Origin: Candidatus Krumholzibacteriia bacterium
GTDB lineage: Bacteria > Krumholzibacteriota > Krumholzibacteriia > Krumholzibacteriales > Krumholzibacteriaceae
Direction of reading: 5' to 3'
Assembly: GCA_963836185.1 (NCBI GenBank)
Contig: CAWIIQ010000003.1
Coordinates: 192,001-256,000, forward strand
Length of the DNA stretch: 64,000 bases
Below are positions 8,719-20,078 of this stretch, one piece after another. The position numbers were made by a program, and so were the translations under genes. Under the pieces are notes generated by a model. It did no database searches, was not told the origin of the DNA, and saw only the letters and a program-made list of their open reading frames with translations. Each line of letters starts with the position of its first letter. The first letter of the stretch is position 1.

Positions 8719-11679
8719 TTAAAACAGCGTGTGTATACCGACCGTCAATCTCGGGGCCAATTGCTCTTCCTCGCCGGAGAGCTCCGGATGGCTGAGCCAC
8801 AGCGGCATCTCCGCCTTGATGACCCAGATCTTGATGCCGATACCGAAGTCCTGCAGCCAGGCGTCGAAGAAGTTGTGGTCGAGGCTTGCGGCCAGGTCGG
8901 CCGGCAGGGCCTCGAACGGCTTTGCGTCGAGGACGGTGCCGACATCGTAGAAGAGGTAGAGCTGGCGGCCGCTTAGCGACTTTTTCAGGAACCGCGGCAC
9001 CCAGAAGGGAAGGCCCAGCTCGGCGTTCGCCGCGAACGTTTTCCTGAACGAATAGTTGCCGTCGAAATAGCCCCTGAGGTTGGAGTTTCCCGGCAGCACC
9101 CAGTTGTTGTAGTAGTCTTCGGGGAAGGCGCCGACACTGCGGAGCCAGAAATACTTCTCTTTCTCGAGGATACCGGCTCCGGCGAGGTTGAGCTGCTCCT
9201 GCTTCGGCGGATCGACGGCGCTGCTTCCGTACCAGAGGCGGAGTTTCGGTTTCAGCCACCCGTCGAACCTGTGCGTAGGCCATATTCGGGTATCCACTGA
9301 GAACTTTTCGTAGTCGTCCTTGCTTCCCCAGAACGATGTGTCGAAATCGAACTTGAACGAAGTGGCGAATATATCCATCTTCGGCTTGAGCTCGAGGCTT
9401 CCGCCGATCTTGAGGTTGGTGCCCTTCTCGTACGTGCCGGGATAGACGTAGCTGTCGTCAAAGAGATCGTAATAGACGAATCTCAGCTGCCAGTATTTCG
9501 GCATCGGGTCGCTGAGGCTTTTTCTCTGTATCTTGTCGAGGACGAACGATCCTCCACCTCTTCCTTCACGGTAGAACCCCTCAAGTGTCAGCGTGTTCTC
9601 CCGGCCGAGCCATGAGACAGGCTGGTTGTATTTGAGGTAGCCGTCGATCGCTTCGCTGTCGATACTGTATGTGCCCTGGAGGATCAGCCTGCTGTACCTG
9701 TTATCATAGCTGCTTTTCAGCCTCAGGCCGGCCTTGACGCCGTCGACGTCGTTGTACCAGCCTATCGGGACGAACTCGAGCAGTCTTGAGGCGCGGGGCC
9801 ATTCGGTGCGCCACGGGTTCTCGATGGCGAGTTTTGTCTTTCCGGAAGAGTTGTTGTTGAGCTGGTAGATGTCGAGAATCTCGTTATCCGGGTTGATCGA
9901 TACCGATTTCGGTTTCGAGTCGAAAGAGTACGATTTTATCTATCTGTCTCGATATTCCGTCGACTTGTTCCTTCACGATGCTGCCGCTCTTCAATTTGAA
10001 TTCGAGGGTAAGGGGCATGATCATCTCGCCGGCGCGTCTTATCGTTACATCGGCCCAGTTGACCCCGTCCTCTTTCCTTGTCTCGAACTTCTCGAGAACG
10101 TAATCGCAGTTCTTGACCGAGTTGACCCACTGCTGTGAAGAAATCGTCGAGGTCGGCTCCCGTCACATCCTCGCAGACGGCGAGAAACACCTCCTCGTCG
10201 ACATGCTTGAATTTCCAGATCCTGAAATACTCCTGCATTATCCGGTTGAAATTATCCTCGCCGACCCGGTACTTCAGGGCACGCAGGAAGAGAGCACTCT
10301 TGTTGTAGGCCATCGTCCGGCCGCCGCTCTCGAATTCGTGGTACGGCGTGGCCATCGGTTCCGCGAAGCCGCTGCGGTGAAGATCGATGACCGAATCGCT
10401 TATCTTTTTCCAGAGGTCTTTCTGGCCCCTGTTCTCGATGATCCAGTTGAACATCTGGTACTGGGCGGGGCCCTCGTCGAGCCATGCGTCATCCCGCTCG
10501 TTATTGGCGAGCATCCCGTAGAACCACATGTGCGCGACTTCATGGACGATAAGCGCCATGTCGGGGCTGCCGTTCATCACGAGCATCGGGTATTCCATGC
10601 CGCCGTGCGTGGGGGAGTCGACGATGCTGATCTGCGGCCATTCGTAAGCGCCGATCATTCTTTCGTTCCGCTTCATCGTTGTCACCGTGCGGGCAAGGAC
10701 GGAATCGGCCCATGCGCGGTTCCACTGGCGGTAGAAACTTCTTACTGAGTATTCGCCGATCTTTGTCTCTTCCACTACGTAGAGGGGATCGGCACACCAG
10801 GCGAAATCATGGACGTCGACGGCACGGAACTTGACCGTCTTGAGCGAGAGCGACAGGGCGGCGTCGTCCCGGCCGCGTTTCATCCCGCTGGCGTCGGGCT
10901 GGGCGCCTCCGCCCGGATGGCCGCCGGGGTGTCCCCCGCCGCCGCTGCTTTTGTGCTCTGGCTTCTCGTTCCGGGTCCAGCCCGGATCTCCCTCGATGGG
11001 CACGCCGGTCGCCGCGATGACGTACTGGTTGGGAATCGTTATGCTGACGTCGTAAGTGCCGAACTCGCCGTAGAACTCACCCATCCTGAACTGGTCGTGA
11101 TGCCAGCCGGTCTTGTCGTATACGACGATCTTCGGGTACCACTGCGCCATGTCGTAGTGGTTGCCGATATATCCAGCGCGGCCGACCCGTCTTCGGATCT
11201 TCTCGCGGAAGCTCATGTCGAACACGACAGTGCCGCCTGGCGGCAGCGGCTTCGCGAATGTTCCGCTTAGGATCGTGCCCTCGACGAGGTAGTCGCCGGG
11301 CACGCCGCCGACCGTCATCGAATCGATGTCGATCCAGCTCGTGCTCTCCTCGGGCAGGCTCGTGAGGAAGGACCAGGTCCCCGGGAAAAAATCCCGGTAA
11401 AGCTTCGATTCCCTGCTCCTGTACGCGTTAGGGTACAGATGGATGAAATACCTTTTAAGGGTATCGGGAGAGTTGTTCCTGTAGGTTATCGTCTCCGTCC
11501 CGGTGAGCATCTTCCCCTCTATATCGAGGGTGCACCGTATGTCGTAGTCGGCCTGCTGCTGCCAGTAGTCGGTGAGCAGGTCCTGGACGGCCGGCCCCTG
11601 GGCGGCAGCGGTGCCTTGAAGCACAGCCAGGGCTATGAAGAAGGCTGAACAGGGCATTTATGACTGACTTCGGCATCAT
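8719..11679 (-). CDS. Secreted M1-family aminopeptidase with C-terminal beta-rich (probable outer-membrane) domain; frameshifted in the assembly
   Basis: YWQQ, HLYPNA, QWYPK, GGMEY and HEVAH..WLDEG motifs. Reading continues through frame shifts near 11640, 10135 and 9940 (..QQWVNS..MIMP..INPDNEILDIYQLNN..WYNDVDG..) into ORF 8719-9504, which ends in F. Confidence 0.8.
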
Positions 11680-11898
11680 TGTCCTTTCGAGGGGTCTCGG
11701 CGGCGATATCCGGCATAACCGCCCTGGATACCAGCCTGCTCAAGTTAGCACATAGCCCCGCCTCCAGCAAGAGCCGGATAGGGCGGTTTCGGGTTATACC
11801 CCGAAATCGATTGAATGATTCCCTCCGGACTGTTAATGTTTTTTCCTCAAAAAAGCCTTCAGAAAGACACGGATACGAACTTGCAGAGAGGAGGAAGC

Positions 11899-13821
11899 AT
11901 GAGCTTGAAACGCAGAGGCCTTACGATCCCTGTAGCGACCATACTGGGAGTCCTGCTGCTGACAGCAGCGGTTCTGGCCGGCTCGCTCGAGGACAAGGTC
12001 AACGAATTTGAGCTGGATAACGGGATGAAATTCCTCGTTGTCGAGCGAAAGGAAGCTCCGGTGGCATTCATGTCCATCGTCTTCAACGTCGGCTCGGCGA
12101 ACGAGTGGCCGAACGTTACCGGGATATCCCATCTGCTCGAGCACATGATGTTCAAGGGCACGCAGATGATGGGGACTACCGATTACAAGAAGGAGATCCC
12201 GTATATCGAGAAGACCGATGAACTCGGCGGGAAGACGATAGATCTCCGCAAGGCGATCGGTGAATGGCGCTTCGAGAAATTCGAAGAGCTTCGCAAGGAG
12301 GTCCTCGCCACCTTCACCGACGAGGAGAACGAGGCGATAGGGACCGACAAGTATCTCCAGAACAAGCTCGTCGTCGAGAAGATCAGGGGGATGGAATCGT
12401 ACCCCGGCGACCTCGAGTCGGAGAAGTACCTCATCGCGGAGGGTGAGAGGGATTACCTTGCCCTCTATCTCGAGTATCTAGAGACCTGGGGCGAGATCGT
12501 CAGGCTCACCGATGAGCAGCGCACGAAGTACGTGGTGAACAACGAGCTCTGGGAACAGTACATGAACAACGGGTCCCGCATGCTCAACGCCGGTACATCG
12601 AACGATTTCACGGTCTACTTCGCATATCTTCCGTCGAACCGCCTCGAGCTCTGGATGACGATGGAGTCCGACCGCATGGACACCCCGGTATTCAGGGAGT
12701 TCTGGATCGAGAAAGATGTCGTGATGGAGGAGCGCAGGCTCGCCGACAACGATCCTGACGATGTTCTTGACGAGGCTTTCAACTCGGTAGCGTTTACCGC
12801 CTGCCCGTACAAGTGGCCCGTCCTCGGATGGATGAGCGACCTGCAGACGATCGACCGCTTCGAGCTCGCCGATTACCATCAGAAGTACTACGCGCCTAAC
12901 AACGCCACGGCCTGCATCGTCGGCAATGTCGACGTCGAGCAGGTAAAGAAGATGGCGAAGAAGTATTTCGGATCGATAGACGCCCAGGATCCGCCGAACC
13001 CGGTAGAGACGAGAGAGCCGGAGCAGCGGGGCGAGCGCAGGGTCATCGTCGAGCACGATGCGAACCCTGCCCTGATGATAGGCTGGCACAAGCCGATAAA
13101 CCCCGATCCTGAAGCGGTCATCTTCGACGTCATCACAAGCGTGCTTTCAGGCGGCCGCACATCACGTCTGTACAAGTCGATATACGAGGAGCAGCAGCTC
13201 ACCGCGAGCCCGCCCGCCGCGTACACCGGCCCGGGCGACCGTTACGACAACCTGATGATCATTTCGGCAGAGCCGCGGAACCCCCATACCCTCGAAGAAG
13301 TCGAGGAAGCGATATACGTGGAGCTCGAGAAGCTCAAGACCGAACCGGTCGAGGAGAGGGAGCTGCAGAGGATCAAGAACCAGATCGACGCCAACCAGGT
13401 GCGTCAGCTCGGCTCCAACCTCGGCATCGCCTTCACGCTCCTGATGGGCGAGATCTACATGGGTGATTACAAGGCGATGTTCCGATACATCGATATGATA
13501 AAGGAAGTAACGGCCGAGGACGTCATGAGAGTCTCGGAGAAGTATCTCACCGAGCAGAACAGGACCGTCGGATGGCGCGTCCAGGTCGTGGATGAAAAAG
13601 AAGAATCCGAAGGGGGATCGGCTGAAGAGGATGAGATGATGAAGTACCGCGCGGTGCTGATGCAGTACATCCAGTCTCTTCCCCAGGATGAACAGATGGC
13701 GATCTTCCAGAAGTTCCAGTCGATGCGTTCGGAGCAGGAACAGATGGAATACGCGAAAGAGCTTATCCAGCAGGCGAAAGACGCCGGGTTTATCAAGGAA
13801 GACAAGACGGAGGGCGAGTGA
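11899..13821 (+). CDS. M16 (pitrilysin) zinc peptidase, catalytic subunit
   Basis: Signal peptide, LDNGMK, GISHLLEHMMFKG (HxxEH), NAGTS, ESDRM, EERR and YYAPNNA motifs. Confidence 0.92.
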   Translation: MSLKRRGLTIPVATILGVLLLTAAVLAGSLEDKVNEFELDNGMKFLVVERKEAPVAFMSIVFNVGSANEWPNVTGISHLLEHMMFKGTQMMGTTDYKKEIPYIEKTDELGGKTIDLRKAIGEWRFEKFEELRKEVLATFTDEENEAIGTDKYLQNKLVVEKIRGMESYPGDLESEKYLIAEGERDYLALYLEYLETWGEIVRLTDEQRTKYVVNNELWEQYMNNGSRMLNAGTSNDFTVYFAYLPSNRLELWMTMESDRMDTPVFREFWIEKDVVMEERRLADNDPDDVLDEAFNSVAFTACPYKWPVLGWMSDLQTIDRFELADYHQKYYAPNNATACIVGNVDVEQVKKMAKKYFGSIDAQDPPNPVETREPEQRGERRVIVEHDANPALMIGWHKPINPDPEAVIFDVITSVLSGGRTSRLYKSIYEEQQLTASPPAAYTGPGDRYDNLMIISAEPRNPHTLEEVEEAIYVELEKLKTEPVEERELQRIKNQIDANQVRQLGSNLGIAFTLLMGEIYMGDYKAMFRYIDMIKEVTAEDVMRVSEKYLTEQNRTVGWRVQVVDEKEESEGGSAEEDEMMKYRAVLMQYIQSLPQDEQMAIFQKFQSMRSEQEQMEYAKELIQQAKDAGFIKEDKTEGE

Positions 13822-15236
13822 TGAAACGCAGGATCCTGGTTACAGTACTTGCGGTGGTACTCGTGGCGGCCCTCGCGTCGCCGCTCCTTGCCGGGAAGCG
13901 CAAGCACCCGAGCAAGTTGAAGTACCCCCCCATAGAAATAACATCCCCCGAGGTGATAGGCATCGCTCTCGGCAACGGGATGGAGGGCTTTCTCATCGAG
14001 GATCACGAGGTCCCCGTGGTGGATATAGTCATCCTCTTCCCGACCTATTTCCCCGAAGAGGGCAAGTACGGCCTGAACGAGATGGCGCAGTGGGTAATCC
14101 GGAACGGCGGCAGCGAGAACTGGCCGTCAGACAAACTGAACGAGGAACTCGAGTTCCTCGCCGCTAGCGTAGAGGTCTACGGCGGCAATCTCAATACGAG
14201 CGTCGCGATCAACTGCCTCACAAAAGACCTCGACGCCGTCCTGGCGATAGCGGCCGACCTGATCATGAATCCCGTGTTTCCCGAGGACAAGATCGGGAAC
14301 AAGAGGGGTGAGATGCTCGAGGAGATCCGCCGCAAGAACGACCAGCCAAGGGCTATCGCGCGGCGCGAGTACTACAAACTCATCTACAAGGGCCACCCCT
14401 ACGGATGGGATACGACAGTCGGCTCGGTCGAAGCGATCACGAGGGATGACCTCACATCGTTCCACGCCGCTTATTTCCATCCAGGCAAGGCCATTCTCGG
14501 CGTCAGCGGTGACGTCACAAAAGACGAGATCATCACCAAGCTTGAAAGCGCGCTCGAGGGCTGGGCGCAGGCCGAAGTCGTTATCCCCGAGGTCCCGGCC
14601 GTCGAACCGGTTTTGGAACAGAACTGGAACTACGCCTACAAGGACATCAGCCAGGCCTACATGATGCTCGGACATTACGGTATCAACTCGAAGAATGAGG
14701 ACCGCTGTGCCCTCCAGGTCATGAACTTCATCCTCGGAGGGGGCTCGTTCACCTCCTGGATCGTGACAGAAGTCCGTGAGAAGAAGGGGCTGGCCTATTC
14801 TTCAGGTTCGAGGTTCGGAACGGACGCCTTCACGCTCGGCGCCTTCTATGCTTACGCCCAGACGAAGGGCGAAGAGTACAGCAGGGCGATGCAGATCATG
14901 GTCGAGCAGATCGTGCGGATGCGCGATGTCGGCCCGACCGAGGAAGAGTTCACCAAGGCTATCGACTCGTACGTCAACAGCCAGGTCTTTGACTATGACT
15001 CGAAGAGCGGTATGGTGCGCCGCCTCGTAAGACTCAAGTTCGAGGGCAGGCCGCTCGACACACCCGAGAAGGACATGGAGAAGTACGCGAACATGACCCT
15101 CGAGGATGTCAGGGCGGTCGCGGGTAAATACCTGCACCCCGACAAGATGACAGTCTTCGTTGTAGGCGATGAAGCGACCTTCGACAAGCCGCTCAGCGAC
15201 TTCGGAAAGGTCAACGTCATAGACATCAAGGAATAG
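13818..15236 (+). CDS. M16 peptidase, non-catalytic partner subunit
   Basis: LGNGM..EDHEVP and [18 protein letters not shown] motifs; no HxxEH. Overlaps the upstream stop codon. Confidence 0.88.
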   Translation: MMKRRILVTVLAVVLVAALASPLLAGKRKHPSKLKYPPIEITSPEVIGIALGNGMEGFLIEDHEVPVVDIVILFPTYFPEEGKYGLNEMAQWVIRNGGSENWPSDKLNEELEFLAASVEVYGGNLNTSVAINCLTKDLDAVLAIAADLIMNPVFPEDKIGNKRGEMLEEIRRKNDQPRAIARREYYKLIYKGHPYGWDTTVGSVEAITRDDLTSFHAAYFHPGKAILGVSGDVTKDEIITKLESALEGWAQAEVVIPEVPAVEPVLEQNWNYAYKDISQAYMMLGHYGINSKNEDRCALQVMNFILGGGSFTSWIVTEVREKKGLAYSSGSRFGTDAFTLGAFYAYAQTKGEEYSRAMQIMVEQIVRMRDVGPTEEEFTKAIDSYVNSQVFDYDSKSGMVRRLVRLKFEGRPLDTPEKDMEKYANMTLEDVRAVAGKYLHPDKMTVFVVGDEATFDKPLSDFGKVNVIDIKE

Positions 15237-15249
15237 AAGATGCGCAGAA

Positions 15250-15275
15250 GGCCCCGGAGGTTCTCCTCCGGGGCC
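15250..15275. terminator. Strong hairpin (terminator or mRNA stabiliser)
   Basis: GGCCCCGGAGG-TTCT-CCTCCGGGGCC, 11-bp stem, no U tract. Confidence 0.5.
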
Positions 15276-15293
15276 GCCGCACGGGAGAGGACA

Positions 15294-16572
15294 ATGGACG
15301 ATATTACCGCGGTGGTCCTTGGTGGCGGGAAGAGGGACGAGACTCTATCCCCTGACGAGTAACAGGTCGAAGCCGGCCGTCCCGCTGGCGGGAAATTACC
15401 GTCTGATCGACGTTCCGGTGAGCAACTGCATCAACGCGGACATCAACAGGATATACGTCCTGACCCAGTTCAACTCGGCCTCTCTCAACCAGCATATCTC
15501 AGAGACATACCGGTTCGACACGTTCAGCAGGGGCTTCGTCGACGTACTGGCGGCCGAGCAGACCCTCTCGTCCTCGGACTGGTTCCAGGGGACCGCCGAC
15601 GCAGTCCGCCAGGTCCTGCCCCATCTGGAAGACAAGAACGCGAGGGATGTCCTGATCCTCTCCGGCGACCACCTCTACAGGATGGACTATCGCGAATTCG
15701 TAAGGCACCACAGGGAGTCGGACGCCGACATCACGATCGCCGTTCATCCCGTGCCGGCATCGAAGGGCCCCGACCTGGGGATCCTCCACGCCAATAAAAA
15801 AGGATGGATCACCGAATTCAGGGAGAAGCCGAGCGGCAGGGCGCTGACCGAGATGAAGACGGATACCCGCGCGCTCGGTCTCAGCGCGACAGAGGCGCGC
15901 AAACGTCCCTATCTCGGCTCGATGGGGATCTATGTCTTCAAGGCCGATGCTCTCGCGAAATGCCTCAGCAGCGACCCGTCGTCGATAGATTTCGCGCGCG
16001 AGATCATTCCGGACGCCCTGAAGAAGATGAAGGTCAGCGCCTACGTCTTTGACGGGTACTGGGAGGATATCGGGACGATCCGTTCATTCTACGACGCCCA
16101 CATGGAGCTCCTCGCACCTGTTCCGAAGATGAACCTCTTCGACGCCGACGCGCCGATCTACACGCATCCGAGGTTCCTGCCCGGATCGAAGATAAAGAGG
16201 GCCGACATCAGGCGCTCGATGATCAACGCGGGCTGCATAATCGACAGGGCGACGATCAGGCACTCGATCATCGGGCTGCGCTCGAGGATAGAAGCGGGGG
16301 CCATGATCGAGGACTCGTTCATATTCGGAGCCGATTTCTATGAACTGGAAAAGGGCCGGATCAAGAAGGGTGTCCCCCCGATCGGCATCGGAAAGAGAGC
16401 GGTCATACGAAAGGCCGTGATAGACAAGAACGTCCGTATCGGCAGCGATGTCGTTCTCGACAACGCGAGAAGGCTGAGAAAGTACGACGATCCGCAGGAG
16501 AGGTTCTTCGTGCGGGACGGGATCATCGTCGTGCCGAAGAACGCCGTCATCCCCGACAGGACCAGGTTCTGA
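15294..16572 (+). CDS. glgC: Glucose-1-phosphate adenylyltransferase (5' frameshift in the assembly)
   Basis: [12 protein letters not shown] joins (R)[13 protein letters not shown] across an indel near 15330. [21 protein letters not shown] and YWEDIGT motifs. Confidence 0.93.
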
Positions 16573-16598
16573 CCTCCCCGGTCCATTTCTGCGAAAAG

Positions 16599-19511
16599 TC
16601 ACGGGATATTCTTAAGAACCGTGAGCCTTTCTTGTGTGTAATCAATCTCCGGCAGTCCCTCGTCGGCACCTTGCCACATCTCTAGAAATCTTTCGTAGTG
16701 TCGGATCGCTTCGGGATTCATCCCGGTTTTTTCATACAACATGCCCAGATGATAGTATGAAAGGGCATGACCCCTGAAATAATGCAGCAGTTTCTGGTGC
16801 TGGTCGATGGCGGAGTCGAAATCTCCCGCCATCTCATGTATTTCAGCGATCTTCTCCCTCGTGAACATCTGCAATCCGCCGGCCCCGCCCATTCTGGATT
16901 CCAATGCAGCAGTCAGCCTGGCTACAGCTTCAGCGTAACCGCCATTGTGTATTTCGATCTCCGCTTCGAGTATCTCGATTACAACAATCAGGTAGCCTCC
17001 CGCATAGTCGATCAATCCGCGAAGCTCCTCCAGCAATTCAGACATAGCCTGAATAGAATCGAGTGCTGCATAGCCCCTGGCTCTATGTGCGAGATTGCCG
17101 GTCAACCCGGAAAAAGGCTCCCCGGTATTATTACCTGCAATAGGTGATATCTTCAGAATCTCTTCGCCCTGCCCCAGTCTCTCCAGCAGATAGATTCGTT
17201 CTCGATTGAGCCTTGATAGTTCACGAGGTGTCTGAACGTACTCTTCAGCCTCTTCAAATGCTTCGACAGCCTCTCTGTATCGCCCCGCCTCAAGATAGTA
17301 GTACGCCAGACCCGGCGTTTGACGCATGGTGGCGAGAGCATCTCGCTTCTCACTTCGAGACAACTCCAGCTCCTCCAGAGTCAGTTCTGTGCGAGTGATA
17401 GCCCCGTCGAGATCGCCTCTGCAGTAATTGCTGAAGGCGAGTCCCTGGAGTGATGCATAGAATTCCGGATCGATTTCGAGCGCTTTCCGAAAAGCCAGGT
17501 CGGCGCTGTCAGGATTCGCCACCTCCAGATAACGGAGTCCCATTTCGTCCCAAATGTTTTCATTGGATGGAAACAGGCCCGTATTGACTCTACCTTCTTT
17601 TACGGCGAGTTCGTTCTGCCCTGAAGCAGCTAACGATGTCGCCAGGTATATTCGCAAATCAGCGTCATCCGGATAGAACTCGAGCCCTCGCCTGGCAACC
17701 CGGACTGCATCGGAAAAGTACCATTCGTAGAGATTCACCCAGGTTATATCTCTGTGAGTCTCGAGATCGTCCGGCCAGAGATCGAGAAGTCGTTCATATG
17801 TATTGTTGATCCCACTGAAGCTGGCGGTCCCCCCGCCATAATTTGTCTTCCAGATCTCTATTCTGAGCCTGTCCTTCGGGCTCACCCTGGACTTGTACGT
17901 TACGGCCATATCGGCATAAGCATCTACGGGCCCTCCTCTTTGGCCCGCACGAAATAACACCTTACTAAGTTCGAGGTATGCCAGTGCAAAAGTAGAGTCA
18001 AGTTCAACAGCATTTTCCAGGTGGGCGATCGCCTCATCGAGTGAGAATGTTTGCCATGCGGCAATCCCAGCCATATATGCATCATAGGCTTCGGGAACAT
18101 CCGTAGTCACTGCCGTGACGGACACGATCGGCTCGTCCCGGACGCTTCCGATTATCTCGCTGAGGGCAATGATCGATTTGTCCTTGATCTCGTCGGCGAT
18201 GACGAACAGGTCCGCACCTCTTGATGCTCCTCCAGTAACATTATCACCCGTTCTGACGTCCACAAGGCTCCATGTCGCGAACCTTTTCCCGTCGACCTCG
18301 TTGATCTCACCAGACAAGAAATAGATCGCCCTGCATCTTTTAGTTATCTCTATCTTCTGATGGGCCCCGATCGGCTCATCAGACTCACCGAACACCTTGT
18401 GTCTGCTGTACTGGACCATTTCCTCACTGACCACGCGGATTGGACAGGGCTCGATAAGACCTTTATTGAGAAGGCTCGTCAGAGTCTGAGCAAGGCGGTT
18501 ATCTTCCGATCCACTCAGGTCGCCGAATTCAATCACTGCAAGAGCAAGTTCGTCGGTCCTGGCTTCGCTTCCACCGAATTTGCCCTTCAGCGCGAATATA
18601 GCTATGAGAGCGATTACAATGATGCCCGCAGCTACAGGAATCCAGCGGGGGTGAGATGGTCTGTCGGTGTGTACTTTTTCGCATGCTGTAGAAATGCCGC
18701 CTTCCCTGACAGCATCAAGATCGCTCTTCATATCAGCGGCCGCTTGATACCTCTCGTCCTTATCCTTATTCAATGCCCTGTCGATGACAGCACACAGCTC
18801 CGGATCGATCTGCCCGCATTTTTCCGAGATCTTTTCAGGCTCCTCGTGAACGATCCCGTAGAGCATCGCAGCCTCGTGCTCCCCCTTGAACGGCGGCTCC
18901 CCGGCGAGCATCTCGTACAGCATCGTCCCCAGTGAGAAGATATCCGAGCGATGGTCGATATCTTCCCCCCTCGCCTGCTCGGGGGACATGTAGGCTGCCG
19001 TACCGAGCGTATTCCCGTCTCTGGTCAGCTTCGTCCTGCCGGCGAGCTTCGCCAGGCCGAAGTCGATTATCTTCGCTTCTCCGTCCCTCGTCAGAAGAAT
19101 GTTCTGAGGTTTTATATCGCGGTGGACAATACCTTTCTCGTGGGCCCTGGCGAGCCCCGAGGCTATCTGTGAGGCGATTGTAACTGCCTCGCCTGTGGTC
19201 AGGCTTCCTCTGTCCATCTTCTCCCTCAGTGTCCCGCCTTCGTAGAGAGCCATCGCGATGAAGGTCTGGCCGTCCTCTGTCTCGTCTATCTCGTGGATGA
19301 CGCCGATTGCGGAGTGGTTGAGCGCAGAAGCTGCCCTGGCTTCGTGAACGAACCGTTTCACCGCCCCGGGATCCGAGTTCAGGTGCGGCGGCAGGAGCTT
19401 GATTGCAACCTCGCGGTCGAGCCTGGTATCGCGTGCGCGGTAGACCACGCCCATCCCGCCCTCACCGAGCTTCTCGAGTATCTGATAATGAGAGATGGTT
19501 TCCCCTGACAT
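16599..19511 (-). CDS. Hanks-type Ser/Thr kinase with transmembrane helix, TolB-N-like region and TPR repeats
   Basis: LGEGGMGVVY, VAIK, HRDIKPQN, DFG and GTAAYMSPEQ motifs; TM helix WIPVAAGIIVIALIAIFAL; TPR-like helical repeats. Confidence 0.92.
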   Translation of the reverse strand: MSGETISHYQILEKLGEGGMGVVYRARDTRLDREVAIKLLPPHLNSDPGAVKRFVHEARAASALNHSAIGVIHEIDETEDGQTFIAMALYEGGTLREKMDRGSLTTGEAVTIASQIASGLARAHEKGIVHRDIKPQNILLTRDGEAKIIDFGLAKLAGRTKLTRDGNTLGTAAYMSPEQARGEDIDHRSDIFSLGTMLYEMLAGEPPFKGEHEAAMLYGIVHEEPEKISEKCGQIDPELCAVIDRALNKDKDERYQAAADMKSDLDAVREGGISTACEKVHTDRPSHPRWIPVAAGIIVIALIAIFALKGKFGGSEARTDELALAVIEFGDLSGSEDNRLAQTLTSLLNKGLIEPCPIRVVSEEMVQYSRHKVFGESDEPIGAHQKIEITKRCRAIYFLSGEINEVDGKRFATWSLVDVRTGDNVTGGASRGADLFVIADEIKDKSIIALSEIIGSVRDEPIVSVTAVTTDVPEAYDAYMAGIAAWQTFSLDEAIAHLENAVELDSTFALAYLELSKVLFRAGQRGGPVDAYADMAVTYKSRVSPKDRLRIEIWKTNYGGGTASFSGINNTYERLLDLWPDDLETHRDITWVNLYEWYFSDAVRVARRGLEFYPDDADLRIYLATSLAASGQNELAVKEGRVNTGLFPSNENIWDEMGLRYLEVANPDSADLAFRKALEIDPEFYASLQGLAFSNYCRGDLDGAITRTELTLEELELSRSEKRDALATMRQTPGLAYYYLEAGRYREAVEAFEEAEEYVQTPRELSRLNRERIYLLERLGQGEEILKISPIAGNNTGEPFSGLTGNLAHRARGYAALDSIQAMSELLEELRGLIDYAGGYLIVVIEILEAEIEIHNGGYAEAVARLTAALESRMGGAGGLQMFTREKIAEIHEMAGDFDSAIDQHQKLLHYFRGHALSYYHLGMLYEKTGMNPEAIRHYERFLEMWQGADEGLPEIDYTQERLTVLKNIP

Positions 19512-19520
19512 CGTAAGGAG

Positions 19521-19550
19521 ATTCTATCCAGGTGCGATTGAATATGTCAA
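19521..19550 (-). promoter_or_regulatory. Sigma70 promoter, near-leaderless kinase transcript
   Basis: TTGACA-18-TAGAAT, 9 nt before the ATG. Confidence 0.6.
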
Positions 19551-19598
19551 AGGAATAAGGACAGTTATCGTATAGCAGCAAAGGGAATATCTGCGCCG

Positions 19599-20078
19599 TC
19601 AGAGGGCCATCGTAAAATATCTCTCGATGCTACCCGGATTGACAGGGTCGATGGCGCGCGTCTTCTCCGCCGGGGAGAATCCGCAGAGGATGTAGACCTC
19701 GCGGGCCGCCTCGAACTTTATGTCGGACCAGAGGCAGAGCTCTTTGCACCCCTTTTCACGGCACCACGAGATGGCCGTCTCGATCAGCTTACGGCCGAAT
19801 CCCTTTCCCCTGCAGGACGGCAGGAGATAGAGGCGGTGCAGTTCGCATTTTCCGGCCGTCTCCCTGGTCACTCCGACGCATCCGGTCACCTTCCTCTCCT
19901 CCTCGAGGACCCAGAACTCCCCGCCGCTCTCCTGGTACGTCTCCGGGATGGAGTCGAGGTCGCAGTCGAACTCATCGAAATCCATCGTGTAGCCGAGGGT
20001 GTCATATGATGCCTTCACGACATCGATGACTCCCGGGCCGTCTTCGGGGAGATAAGGCCTGATCAGCATGGGGATCAC
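19599..20078 (-). CDS. GNAT N-acetyltransferase
   Basis: [20 protein letters not shown] acetyl-CoA-binding motif; Y..CGF. Confidence 0.88.
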   Translation of the reverse strand: MIPMLIRPYLPEDGPGVIDVVKASYDTLGYTMDFDEFDCDLDSIPETYQESGGEFWVLEEERKVTGCVGVTRETAGKCELHRLYLLPSCRGKGFGRKLIETAISWCREKGCKELCLWSDIKFEAAREVYILCGFSPAEKTRAIDPVNPGSIERYFTMAL

